Source of the DNA: Phoronis australis
Lineage: Eukaryota; Animalia; Phoronida
NCBI GenBank assembly: GCA_002633005.1
Contig: NMRA01000517.1
Coordinates: 248,214-309,279 of the forward strand
Direction: 5' to 3'
Length of the DNA stretch: 61,066 nucleotides
In this document: positions 27,801 to 39,800 of the stretch, in pieces
Numbering within the stretch: the stretch's first letter is position 1
Layout: each line of letters opens with the position of its first letter
Made by a program: the position numbers and the translations under genes
Notes under the pieces: generated by a model
Databases searched by the model: none
What the model was told of the DNA's origin: nothing
What the model saw: the letters and a program-made list of their open reading frames with translations, nothing else

Positions 27801-30800
27801 GTTTATTCTATATATTTAGTCATATATCTCATCCCTGTTTATCCTATGTATTTAGTGTTATAAGTCATCCCTGTTTATCCTATATATTTAGTATTATAAC
27901 TCATCCATGTTTATCCTATACATTTAGTTTTATAACTCATCCCTGTTTATTTTATGTATTTAGTGTTATAGCTCATCTCTGTTTATCATATTCATTTAGC
28001 ATTATAACTTATCCCTGTTTATCCTATGTATTTAGTGTTATAGCTCATCTCTGTTTATCCTATGTATTTAGTAATATAGCTCATTTCTGTTTATCTTATA
28101 TATTTGGTGTCATAACTCATCCCCGTTTATCTTATATATTTAGTGTCATAACTCATCTCTGTTTATCCTAGAAATTTTGTGTCATAAATCATATCTGTTT
28201 ATTCTATATATTTAGTAATATAACTCATCTCTGTTTATCTTATATATTTAGTGTCATAACTCATCTCTGTTTATCCTATATATTTAGTATTATGTCATCT
28301 CTGTTTATCTATTTATGTATTTAGTATTATAACTTTTCTGTTTATATTTAGTGTCATAGCTCATCTCTGTTTATTCTATATATTTAGTCATATATCTCAT
28401 CCCTGTTTATCCTATGTATTTAGTGTTATAAGTCATCCCTGTTTATCCTATATATTTAGTTTTATAACTCATCCCTGTTTATCCTATATATTTAGTGTCA
28501 TAACTCATCTCTGTTTATTCTATATATTTAGTCATATATCTCATCCCTGTTTATCCTATGTATTTAGTGTTATAGCTCATCTCTGTTTATCATATTCATT
28601 TAGTATTATAAGTCTTCCCTGTTTATCTATTTATGTATTTAGTATTATAACTCTTTTCTGTTTATATTTAGTGTCATAGCTCATCCCTGTTTATCCTATA
28701 TATTTAGTATTATAACTCACCCCTATTTATCCTGTACGTTTTAGTGACAATCGATGGAAGAAAAGAGGCATGGCGTTCACCACCACCAAGTTTCCTATAG
28801 GATTTCCGTCTCGCGTTCTGAACCAGGCTGGGGCCCTTATTCACGTGTATTTGGATGGTAGCGTTTTACTGTCACACGGAGGCATCGAGATTGGCCAGGG
28901 TATTCATACGAAAATGATACAGGTTTGCATATTACATGTAATAGTTTATTCTCGCGTGTCAGTTGGCATATTTAGTTTTGTCATCAAATGGTGACGGCGC
29001 GTGTTGAATGAGGACCATATTGGTACACAGCTGTACCTCTTACAACGATTATATTTCAACAAGCTCCTCACCAGTATTGTTGACATATAAATTTTCATTT
29101 GGATTGAAAACAATGTTTAAGCAGAATGTCTCTTGTGTTGTAGGTCTGACTGCATTTAACCATGGATTTGATATACCCAAGTACAAAAAATGGGTCTGAT
29201 ATTTGTGTTGCGAAAAATACACAAATTCGGGCTACATGGTGGCGCGGATAGGGGGAGGTGACAAGGGGGATTCAAATATAAAACCGTTTTCAACCTGCCG
29301 CCTGGAACATTTACGTTTCCCACCTGCATTAGTTTTTCACCTGCCAACAGGTGTTCGTTCGTGAACCATGAAGTGTTCCGACTCCGAATGTGCGAGTGCG
29401 CACGCCTGACTCGCCAAGAAAACACCCCGTCTTCACGCATCTGTATTTCTGTCGGTATTTGACGAAGCTATCATTGTTTTGACATTTCAAATGGCTGTTG
29501 CTATAGCAAGTGTTAATTCGCAAATCAGTAAGAGCGCACTCGGCAATGGTGGTGGTACGTTGTCATGAGTGAATATCATGGTGGCTTTGAATTTTGCTAC
29601 CACATTTGTTTAAATATCGTTGTGAATTGCTGAGGTGTTTGGACCATAGACTGCATTCTTTTTTATTGAATAAGGAATTTGGGACCAATCTTACTTTATC
29701 GTCTGCCTTGTGTTCATTTCAGGTTGCCAGCCGAGCACTTGGAATTCCCCATAGCTTGATTCACGTAGCTGACACCAGCATAGATAAAGTTCCTAATCCT
29801 GTTGGGACTTATGCAAGCGTCACGGCGGACCTCAATGGGGCTGCAGTTCTGGTAATATGCCCTTTGAGTCTCTGAACAAAAAACTGTAGCAGAATTCATG
29901 AACTGACATTTAGAACAACTGCATATTTGATGAACTTGTTCAAACACTGTCATTGACTAAAGTGTTACGACAAATGAATAATTGGTTAAACAACTTGGTG
30001 TGCCCTGAGATTTTAGAGCTATAAACATTTTGTTTTGAGTAATGTTAACGGCACTTTTATTTTTGCACATTTTACCCGAGTTTTAAAGGAATACCGCAAC
30101 GCAAAAAAAACAATCGTTTTCAAATTCAATGCAGTGTGAGACTGTCAAATACCAACGTGCTAGCTTTGACCCCCAGGGCTGGGGTCGTGTAGTCTTCTTC
30201 CATAAAATTTCTCCTGAGACCCTTAAGGTACGGAGTTTTCACAAGGTGTATTCACGGACAAAATCTCCCTTTTGATTTTCGCCAACATTTACGACAGAAC
30301 TCGGAACTCGTGCCAATTTTGAGGAATGCAACTTCTTCATTTCGAGATTACTGTGCTTTGTAAATTGGCGCTGCCAAATTATTTTTTGAGCGTACGTACG
30401 AACGTATGACGTCGATTTCTACAACTTGCCTTTTGTTAGATCTCGGTATATAACTCGAGCCCTTAAATGCCAACTCCGATCTCACAGCAACGTGAGAGTA
30501 GTTTGCATTCGTTTGTTGCGCTGTGTGTTTTAGTTATGCAATTTTAGTCATTAAAACTTTTGGCAACTCCGCCGTTTTTCAACGGAATTACAGAAGAGCA
30601 ATATCATTAAAATGCCATATCTTTACCAACAGATATACTGTAATTATCATTTGGCCTACCTGTTTGGCTCAAAAGTATCTGTTAATTCTAAAAATCATGA
30701 ATGTTACCAAAATGCGATTAATAATAGGGTGTAACAGTGACAAAAGGGAAATGAACAAGAGAGGTTATATAGATCAGTAATAAAGCCATTAGGGACAAAA

Positions 30801-33800
30801 TAGATCAGTAATAAAGCCATTAGGGACAAAATCACAGTGATTCAAAAGATTTCTACACTAGAGTGACAAAGGTTTTAGAATATGGGTCACTGACATTTGC
30901 TGTTGATAATTTAATCAAGGCAAGCATTCATCCTAAAATATACATATTTATACATTATTATTTATTGGACATATGGTACCGTGTGATACAATTATATTCT
31001 TCAGTAAAATTTCAGAATGCAGGGGCATTTACAAAGAATGCAATAAACTAATCCAAATATCTATTCCAAATTTGCAGATAAAGGTTTCCTGATAGATAAA
31101 AAAAGAGAAAAATATTTATCACCTAGTTTTGAAATGTACTTTGGAAAGCTAATCACCTAGCTTGCAGTAAAGGAATTTCCGTAAGAGTTTAGAAATAAAT
31201 TCTTTTCTTCTGAATGTCAACGTTAGTGATCCTCATAGAGGCATGTAGTTTACATGTAGTTTACATGCATTGTACATGTAGTGTACGTGTAGTGTACGTG
31301 TAATGTACATTTATGTTATGGTAAATAAGAGGAAATGGAAACACATTTTTACAATTGTTATGTTACTAAAGAAAGTGGACTCTGGGAAACAACAATAAAA
31401 AATACAATGTTGATTTGAACACCTGTTACATAGTTGTCAGGATCAACATTCAAGAACAAAAATGGAACAACTTGATTGAAAAGCGTGACTTCAGGATGAA
31501 AAGCGGGACATCTGGGTTAAGCCAAAACGTAAAGGTGACATATTCGCTGCAACACACTAAAACGTACCGACAGCGTTTTTTGTCGAACGGAGATCTCACA
31601 CCCAAAAATTACAGACAGCGTTTTTTATGGTTAGTTTTTTATACATGTAGTTGAATAGGAAATCGAGGGTGCATGCCGCAAAAGCCCATGAAATGTCTGG
31701 TTTTTCTTTTCATTTGCATGGGAAAATATGGCTATGTCGCGTGGGAATCTACAATAGCAGGCCTGTGCGGGACATTTATATAGTGTGGCGGTATGACTGA
31801 AAAAATTCAAAAGTGGACAGTCCGCGGAAAGCTGGGCAATGGGGCTATTCGGAAAATCTACAATAACTAGAGGGCGTGCGTGTACTAGTGGTGATAGATT
31901 AACAGCCTCGATTTCGCGAGCCCTTTAAATACATGGTGAAATGGCTTGCAGCTGTGCCAACTGAATCTGAGATTGCGTAAAAAGGGTGCTTCTATGAGAG
32001 GAAGTAAGCACGACCTCATACAAAGGTAAGGTTTGTGATTATTTTAACGATTATTCCATGATTATTCCACCGATGCCTGTTAACTGAGGCACTCGCCGAT
32101 GTCGACTTCGCGGCAGTCAGTCGCCAGCCAGAGTCTGGNTGCACCAGGGAAATTAGCAGTAATAAGGCTTAGCGCGACGACGTGTTTTGATAAAAATTCC
32201 ATCTTTTACCAGTTGTTTACATGCAGACAGCCACGCATGCGCAATTCAATCACCACTAGTACAGCAGCGACACCGCGAGGAGAATTCTCCGAATAGCCCC
32301 ATTGACAAATGCATTGTTCTAGGTGAGCGTTATGGTGGACGAGACGGCCATGTGCTTGTGTCGACACCTGCTGTATTTTTGAGATCTTTCATCAAATATC
32401 TGAGGTACTTCATGTGTAGTATGGCCGCACATATTAAAATTCTGTTGATGTGCTGTTCAGTTGGTCATCCTCGCGCTTCTGTCTGATTAGGCTGTCTTTG
32501 AAACTCGAGTTTTTCTTTGGCCTACTGGGCCCTACTTGCTCGTTTTGACAGAATATCAAGTATCATCAATTTCACTAAATAATTTCTTAAGTTTGGTAGA
32601 GTACAAATCGATTGTTTCGTATTTTCACAACCAGAAAAGCATTAGTTCTTGACAGTTTTGGCTCCTCTCAGCAGCGATGTTCAGAAGTTATTGGACACTA
32701 GGTGCCTGTCAGCAGCCATCTTTTAAAGCTATTGGCACCTATTGTCGAGGTACTAATGCTGTTCTGGTTGTGAAAACATTAATAAATAATCAATTGATCA
32801 TCAAGTTCATTTTAAGTGACATGAGTATGCCGAGCTTCGAATTGATTGCCAAAAGCTCGAGTTTCGCAATGTATTTTTTCACCTGTTATGCACTCTTTTT
32901 AGACAACACAATGGCAACAGAATGACGTTATTATGAATGTCTGCAGTAGGCACTTCTTTAAACATTTTCTACGGTATTGTGGTTCCCAAAATAAAACATG
33001 GGAGTTAGGGGAATATTGTGAATATCTGCAGTATGCACTTCTTTAAACATTTCCACGGTATTGTGGTTCCCAAAATAAGACATGTGAGTTAGGGGAATAT
33101 TGTGAGTATCCAGAGTGGCTTTCTATTCGTTCATGAAGTAAAAACATGTCATGTATTGATATTTGTACAGGTTTGACTTATGCTTGAATGTAAAGTTGCT
33201 ACATGTATGTTGACCAAGGTGATTTCTCTCTGAGTTCACTTTCATACTTCTATTACAGAATGCATGCAGTAAACTGAAAAGTCGACTTCAGCCCTATGTT
33301 GACTCACAACCTGATGGTACGTGGGTCGACTGGGTCCGAGCTGCCAATATGGACCAAGTGCAGTTGTCTGCCACTGGCTTCTATAGGTAAGTATAGGACA
33401 CCTGTTTAGCGATTCTAACCGGTTTGAGAACTCACGAGTACTCAGATTAAGACCGTTAAACCATAAGATAGCCTTTCGTTAATTGTCCCTTACCAAAACC
33501 ATAAAACTAAAGATCCTATTAAAAACAATATGTGCGCAAAGTCAATCCAAATGTTGGCCAAAACTTGATTTATCAGTTCAATTGCTCCCAACTAATGTAT
33601 TCGTTCTAACACTGTTTGTTCACGATATGTTGCCTGTACAACTTGCACTTTATCTCGCCGGTTATCTGTGCATTTGCGCAACGGATCCATTAAAGATCAC
33701 TTTCAAACAATCCACAAAAAGAAAATAATGTTCCGTTCACACATTGTCAGGTATTTTGAACGGAATATTTTTTGTCTAAAAATTCTCGAAGCTTCAATAA

Positions 33801-36800
33801 TAAAAACTGAAATTCGTGACATAAATTCCCAAGATACTAGGTTTCATCGTACCTTGTCATTATATACGTAAATGTCCATATTTTGTAATACCTATGTATT
33901 TCATATTTTAAAACATATCATAGTACATTAGTTCCCATGACAATTCCTTCAGAAATTTCGCTCTTATTTATGTTACCTTATATTTGTGTTTAAAGTCATT
34001 GTTCTTGTTTCATGTATCATACACAATATGGTTTGTAAGTTTCAATTTATTTGCCTTGGACGACTAAAGGCTAGTCGAAGTACAGCAACTGTTTTACTAT
34101 GAAATGTTTTTTACAGTGTTTTATTTTATATATACTCATACGTTTGTCTTTTTGATACCTCTCACACTCGGTGATCTACTATTTCAACTGCCATCTGACA
34201 AAAGATATTTACATGTATGTAGACAACATGAAAGTTTGTTGAACGAACTATCTAAGGCCAAGAACAGCTCACTTTTCAATGAAACATGTATAAAAGAAGG
34301 TATTCTACCAAAATAAACCGAAACACACAAACGCGCGCGGGCGCGCGCATATCATTTATTGTACATCGTAGGGCTCGCCTACACATACTTAAATACATAA
34401 ATTCAAATGCATATCCAGAGTATTTACACAGAGAGCAGTTCCCTTAAAGCCTAACCTTCTGATTATACAATGCAAGGCGCTGGACACTGTTATGATTTTA
34501 CCTTTCTCTATATTAAGTGAGTGACCTGAACATCAACATTGCGCAAGTATTCTTCTATTATAAGGACTTAAACAATTCACACATCGCTCGCCAACAACAC
34601 CACGTTTAATAAGACTTTAAAATTCCTATCTGAACTACCTATTTCCATTTTTCATATTCCTATACACCACAATCTGGTAACCTCTACTTGAATACTGTAA
34701 TAAAGTCAACACTATTACAGCATTTTCAACTGAATAATATTTGAAAAAAATATTACGTCGTTTTTAATTTATTATGCGTCGATGACGGCTGTGCTCACGA
34801 AAAAAGCGCCCTCTAATCATAAAGTTACCCGGACATCATAGAAGTCCCTCGGAATAACTATTGTTTGGGACAAAGGTGCACAGTTCATGAGAGAAGAGGT
34901 GTAGTCAATTTGAAAAAAAGGAGAGTGAGCTCAATTGCAGTTAATGAGAGAACAACGGCTTGTAAGAAGAGAACTGCGTCAATTAGAAAAGGGCGCTTTT
35001 AATGAGAACGCCCGTGCGGGCCGTGAGGAATGAAGATTGACAGCCCTGATAATAGATTGGTTTTGCTAACGTGTGTGCAGCTACGTGTCATAACATAGTT
35101 AAGGTGGAACTTTCAGGCCAATTCTGTGATTCCTAATCAAATTAGTAAGAAACACAAACATAAACAGTGCTGTAGGGGGGTGTAGGCGCACGTAGGCGCA
35201 GCCAACCACCTTTTGGCGTTTGAACGTAGCGCCTACGCACCGTAAGTTACGTTCAGTGCTCAAGGTTATACGGTGGGCTTTGGGCGCCTATTTACCTATA
35301 ATTTTACAACTACAGCACTGAACATATAGTGACGTTGTGAATATGAAGTAGGTTGAAAATTTCAAATATTTTGACAAGTTTGGGGTCGAAAATGATCCTC
35401 TGTAAATCACTCAAACGTTTCCAGTAAGTATCGTGATGTGGCATTGGGGCCATGTGAGCCCCCACGCTACGTCATTAGGGTAAACGTCACCTATTTGCAG
35501 ATTTTTTTTCGTTTTCACACTTCAAGTTGTCAATACAACTGCACTTTGTTAGTAGGGTAAATGATTTCAAATAGCATTGTCGTTTAGTTCCTGCAATGCA
35601 TTAGCATAGTTATGAGCATGCAAATACATCTTTAAAGTAACATTGTCGTTTAGTTCCTGTTATACATTAGCATAGTTAGAAGCAAATGCATCTTTAAAGG
35701 TACACGTTCACACATGTGTACCCTCATTCGTTCGTTTCCGAAACCCCTCTATTTAGGTCCTTTACAAACACACCATCTTGTTGCCTGTGATGAGCTGTAA
35801 AGTGACGAATGAATTTTTCCGCTGTGACCTGTAATATAACGCTAATTAGGTCGAGCCGAAGTGGCAAACTTCGAACCGGCAGTACTCAACTTAGGGGGTG
35901 TGAGCACCCCTGTTGAAGCAATCAATGAACATCATTCACCTTATGCTAGTGTTATCGTTTGTTATCAGGAACGCCACCTGGGTTTTAAAACATCAAAACA
36001 GCTGATTCTTCCTCAAAACGTCTTTAACGGATATGTAGCAAGCACCACCTATATTCTGCGTTCAGGTATTGATTCAGAATGTGATGTCGTCTGGGTGATG
36101 ATACAGGATATGATGTCATTTGGGTATTGATGCAGGATATGATGTCGTTCAGTTATTGACTCAGAATGTGATGTCGTTTGGGTATTGATGCAGGATATCA
36201 TGTCGTTCAGGTATTGTCTCAGAATGTGATGTCGTTAGGGTATTGACTCAGAATGTGATGTCGTTTGGGTATTGATGCAGGATATGATGTCGTTCAGGTA
36301 TTGACTCAGAATGTGATGTCGTTAGGGTATTGAATCAGAATGTGATGTCGTTTGGTTATTGATGCAGGATACATGTATGGTGTCGTTCAGTTATTGGTGT
36401 AGGGTATGATGTTCGGGTATTGGCGTAGGATATGATATTGGCGTAGGATATGATATTGTCAGATGATTGACTGTGGGCTTGTTTAAAAGGTAGATATGTT
36501 TTGAGATTGTGCGTAGATGGAAAGTGAATAATCAAACCCAGTTATTAATTTATTTTATGATAAGCCCTAATTAGAGAAGTGAAATCTGTTGTTAATCAAG
36601 TAATCAATAACAAAGACGAGTAACTACGCTAGCGCCCTCTTTAAAGATTACTTTAATCAATCAACCAAAATAATCAAATGTCTTATTTGCTATCCAAGCT
36701 AGGACTCTCCACTTGTTGGACGTCTGTCCTGTTGTTGAATCTTCAAACTACACTCACCGTATAGCGACAGTGTACTTGCTGATCATCGTCTCTGGTGATT

Positions 36801-39800
36801 CAACAATTGCAGGCAATTTCTTCTACCTGCGATTCTTCTTGCTGGTCACAGTCTCTGGCTGATGACGCAACACTTCAGGTAGTATCTTACTACCCACAAT
36901 GCAAGTGACAAGCTCTTAGTGAACATTACTGTACGTTAACCCTTGACCTTGCCAAGATCCTTTGTAGTACAATTTAGTCGGTACACTGTAGCAAGTCTTT
37001 ATGCTTCAACTACTATATCTCATCTGAATTTCTTTTTGACATAAGCCCATATTATAATAATCTACTTATTTAATGATTGGTTGATAAAAACCACATGATC
37101 ATATCTAATCATATCATTGGCTGTTACAGTTTGTTTTCAAAATTTTCTAGAATCTCTAGAGTGCTTCGACCCCAGAACTCAAAGTTGTAAACACCATCTA
37201 AAAATATATTTTGACGTTAAAGTATATGTCAACAAGTCTGACCCAATGATTTAAAAGTACATATGCACAAAGTTTGGGCAACTTAAAATGCATCTATTCT
37301 AACTAATTACTGAATATTTGTTCTGACAGATATCATTCAGGTATTGGCACAGGATATGATGCCGTTCGAGTATAGGTGCAGGATATGATGCCGTTCGGGT
37401 ATAGGTGCAGGATATGATGCCGTTTGGATATTGGCGTAGGATAGGATGTCGTTCAAGTATTGCGCAGGATATGATGTTTGGGTATTGTCGTTCAGTTATT
37501 GATACGGGGTGTGATGCTGTTGAAGTATTGATGCACGGTATGATGTCTTTCCTTGCACCACGAGAAAAGCGTACCATGTTTAGATGACTACTGATCTCTG
37601 TGATGTTGTTAACCACAGTCGACCAGATGATATACATATACGCTGCTGGCCAGTTGTCAGTCTTCCATATTTTGTGCATTGTGCGAGCATAAAGATAGTG
37701 TAGTACAATCACGTCCATCATTGTGCACGTAGTGTACGAAGATATCGTATTATACAAGCGTATAATTGTAGTCATGGTTGCATATGATCGTACAACACTT
37801 AAAGGTATAATTGTGTAATGACGTGGGAGGATATCACCGTGGCGTACGGTACTTTTTCTTGTATTACATGACAATTTTCGACAAAATGACTGAACTGAAT
37901 GTCCGTGATACAATATATTGCTCTACTTATGCGCAAGGTCATGCATCTTTTTATTCCAAAATTTTATTAGTCAAATGCATATCATTAAGCAGTGCTCATT
38001 TGGTGCACTGTGAAATACATTAAGACAGTTTTTGTCTCTATTGTCAAAAGATTGTGCATTCCTACCTGTAAAATATATCCTCTAAAGTGTATAACACATG
38101 CTCAGTCGAGCGATTTTCCTGGAAGTCTACTGTCGCATATTTTTTGTAGCGAATTTTAAAATCCATTAAAACATTTTAAAATCATTATTTGCCGGATTCC
38201 AATTCAAGTGTCGTCGTGTGAAATCGCTTATAACATTGATCAAAATCTCCGAAATAATGATGTAATGTCAAACGTTCATTGTTGTGCAGAGACCCATCCA
38301 GCTCGTACACGTTGAACTCAAAGACAGGCAAAGCCTGCTTTTACTTTACCTGTGGTGTGGGGTGCTCTGAGGTGGAGATCGATTGCTTGACTGGAGATCA
38401 TCGTCTGATTAGAACCGATATTGTGATGGACGTCGGGAAGAGTTTAAATCCGGCCATTGACATCGGCCAAATTGAGGGAGGCTTTATGCAGGTCAGTTTT
38501 CTTAAAGGTTTAAAAACCGTTCAGTGATTGATGTTCGGACGATAATATTTCTTGATATTGTCTATCGCTGATAAGTCCTTTTGCTTCTCTTTCAAACCAT
38601 ACCTCTAAGTTGTCACTGCAAATCAGCTTTAAATTTTGACTAACCTACTGTAAAACAATTTAAGCAAGATTAGAAAATAAGTTTCAAATTTGATCTTTGT
38701 TCACCAAGTGTCGTTAGCATCAGTGATTATCCCTTGGTTTACGTCATTAAAACTTCTACAACAGTGTTAGAAACGTTGACGAAAACGATATCCATGGATT
38801 TATTACAAAATTGACTGGTCCACACAGTTGTTGACAAATCTGCACTTTTTCCAATGACCTTGTTGTGCACAGTTGTCATGCACGTCCTTCGCGTACTGTC
38901 GATCAGCATGTCAACAGAATACTGCTTTAACGACCAAGTTCTGCCAATCACAACCAGGTGAACACGTGGAGGTTACAAACCAAGTGAAAACGTAAAGGTG
39001 ACAAATCAAGTGAACACTTAAATTTGACAAACCATGCGACCACATAAAGGTGACAGACCAAGTGGACACGTAGAGGTGACAAACCATGTGAACACGTAGA
39101 TGTGACAGACCAAGAGAACACGTGGAGGTGACAAACCAAGTGAACAGGTGGAGGTGACAAACCAAATGAACACGTAAAGGTGTTAAAGGAGTATGCCACC
39201 TGATTTAATTAGTCTTTTTTGCCGTCTTAATCGGTCTATATCCACATCGCCTAGCGTGCGGTCGACCTTACCTAGCTAAGAGGTGTCGCATTAACCTGTG
39301 AGGAAGGTGAGAAACGACGCTAGCGACGTCAGTGGTTCATATGCAGAGTAAATGCCGCTATGTTGCGGTGCGTCGTTCCCGCTTGTCCGAAGTAAGCAGC
39401 TGTGAGGAAAGCAAGTATATCGTTTTTTTACTTCCTCGAGATTCCGAAATGCTTATGAAGTGGCTCATGGTAGTGAAGAATGAAATGTACGCTGTAAATA
39501 GCAAGTATGAGGCCGTGAAACATCTCCGTATCTGTGGCCTGCAGACGTCGACCGTGCCTAGTGACGAATGCCGGCTTACCAAATAACTCCATACGTTCCG
39601 TTGTCTGAGCTTGTTCACGGCGCCTCTCTAGTATTTCTTCATCACTTTATTCCTGTTCGAATTGATAGCCTGTAAATCTAAACGATACTCCTGCGAAGTC
39701 GAGACTGATGAGCTCTAGCTCGTCCTAAGTCGGGATTGCGAGTTGCCATGTTGGCGTTTATTACTGAGCGTTCTGTTTCAAAGTGAATTCTCATCCTAAC

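Noticed and set aside
39332-39586. Duplicated host gene pair (with 44753-45007)
   Set aside because: Both lie inside TTAA-flanked transposon copies, and the THAP motif is degenerate.
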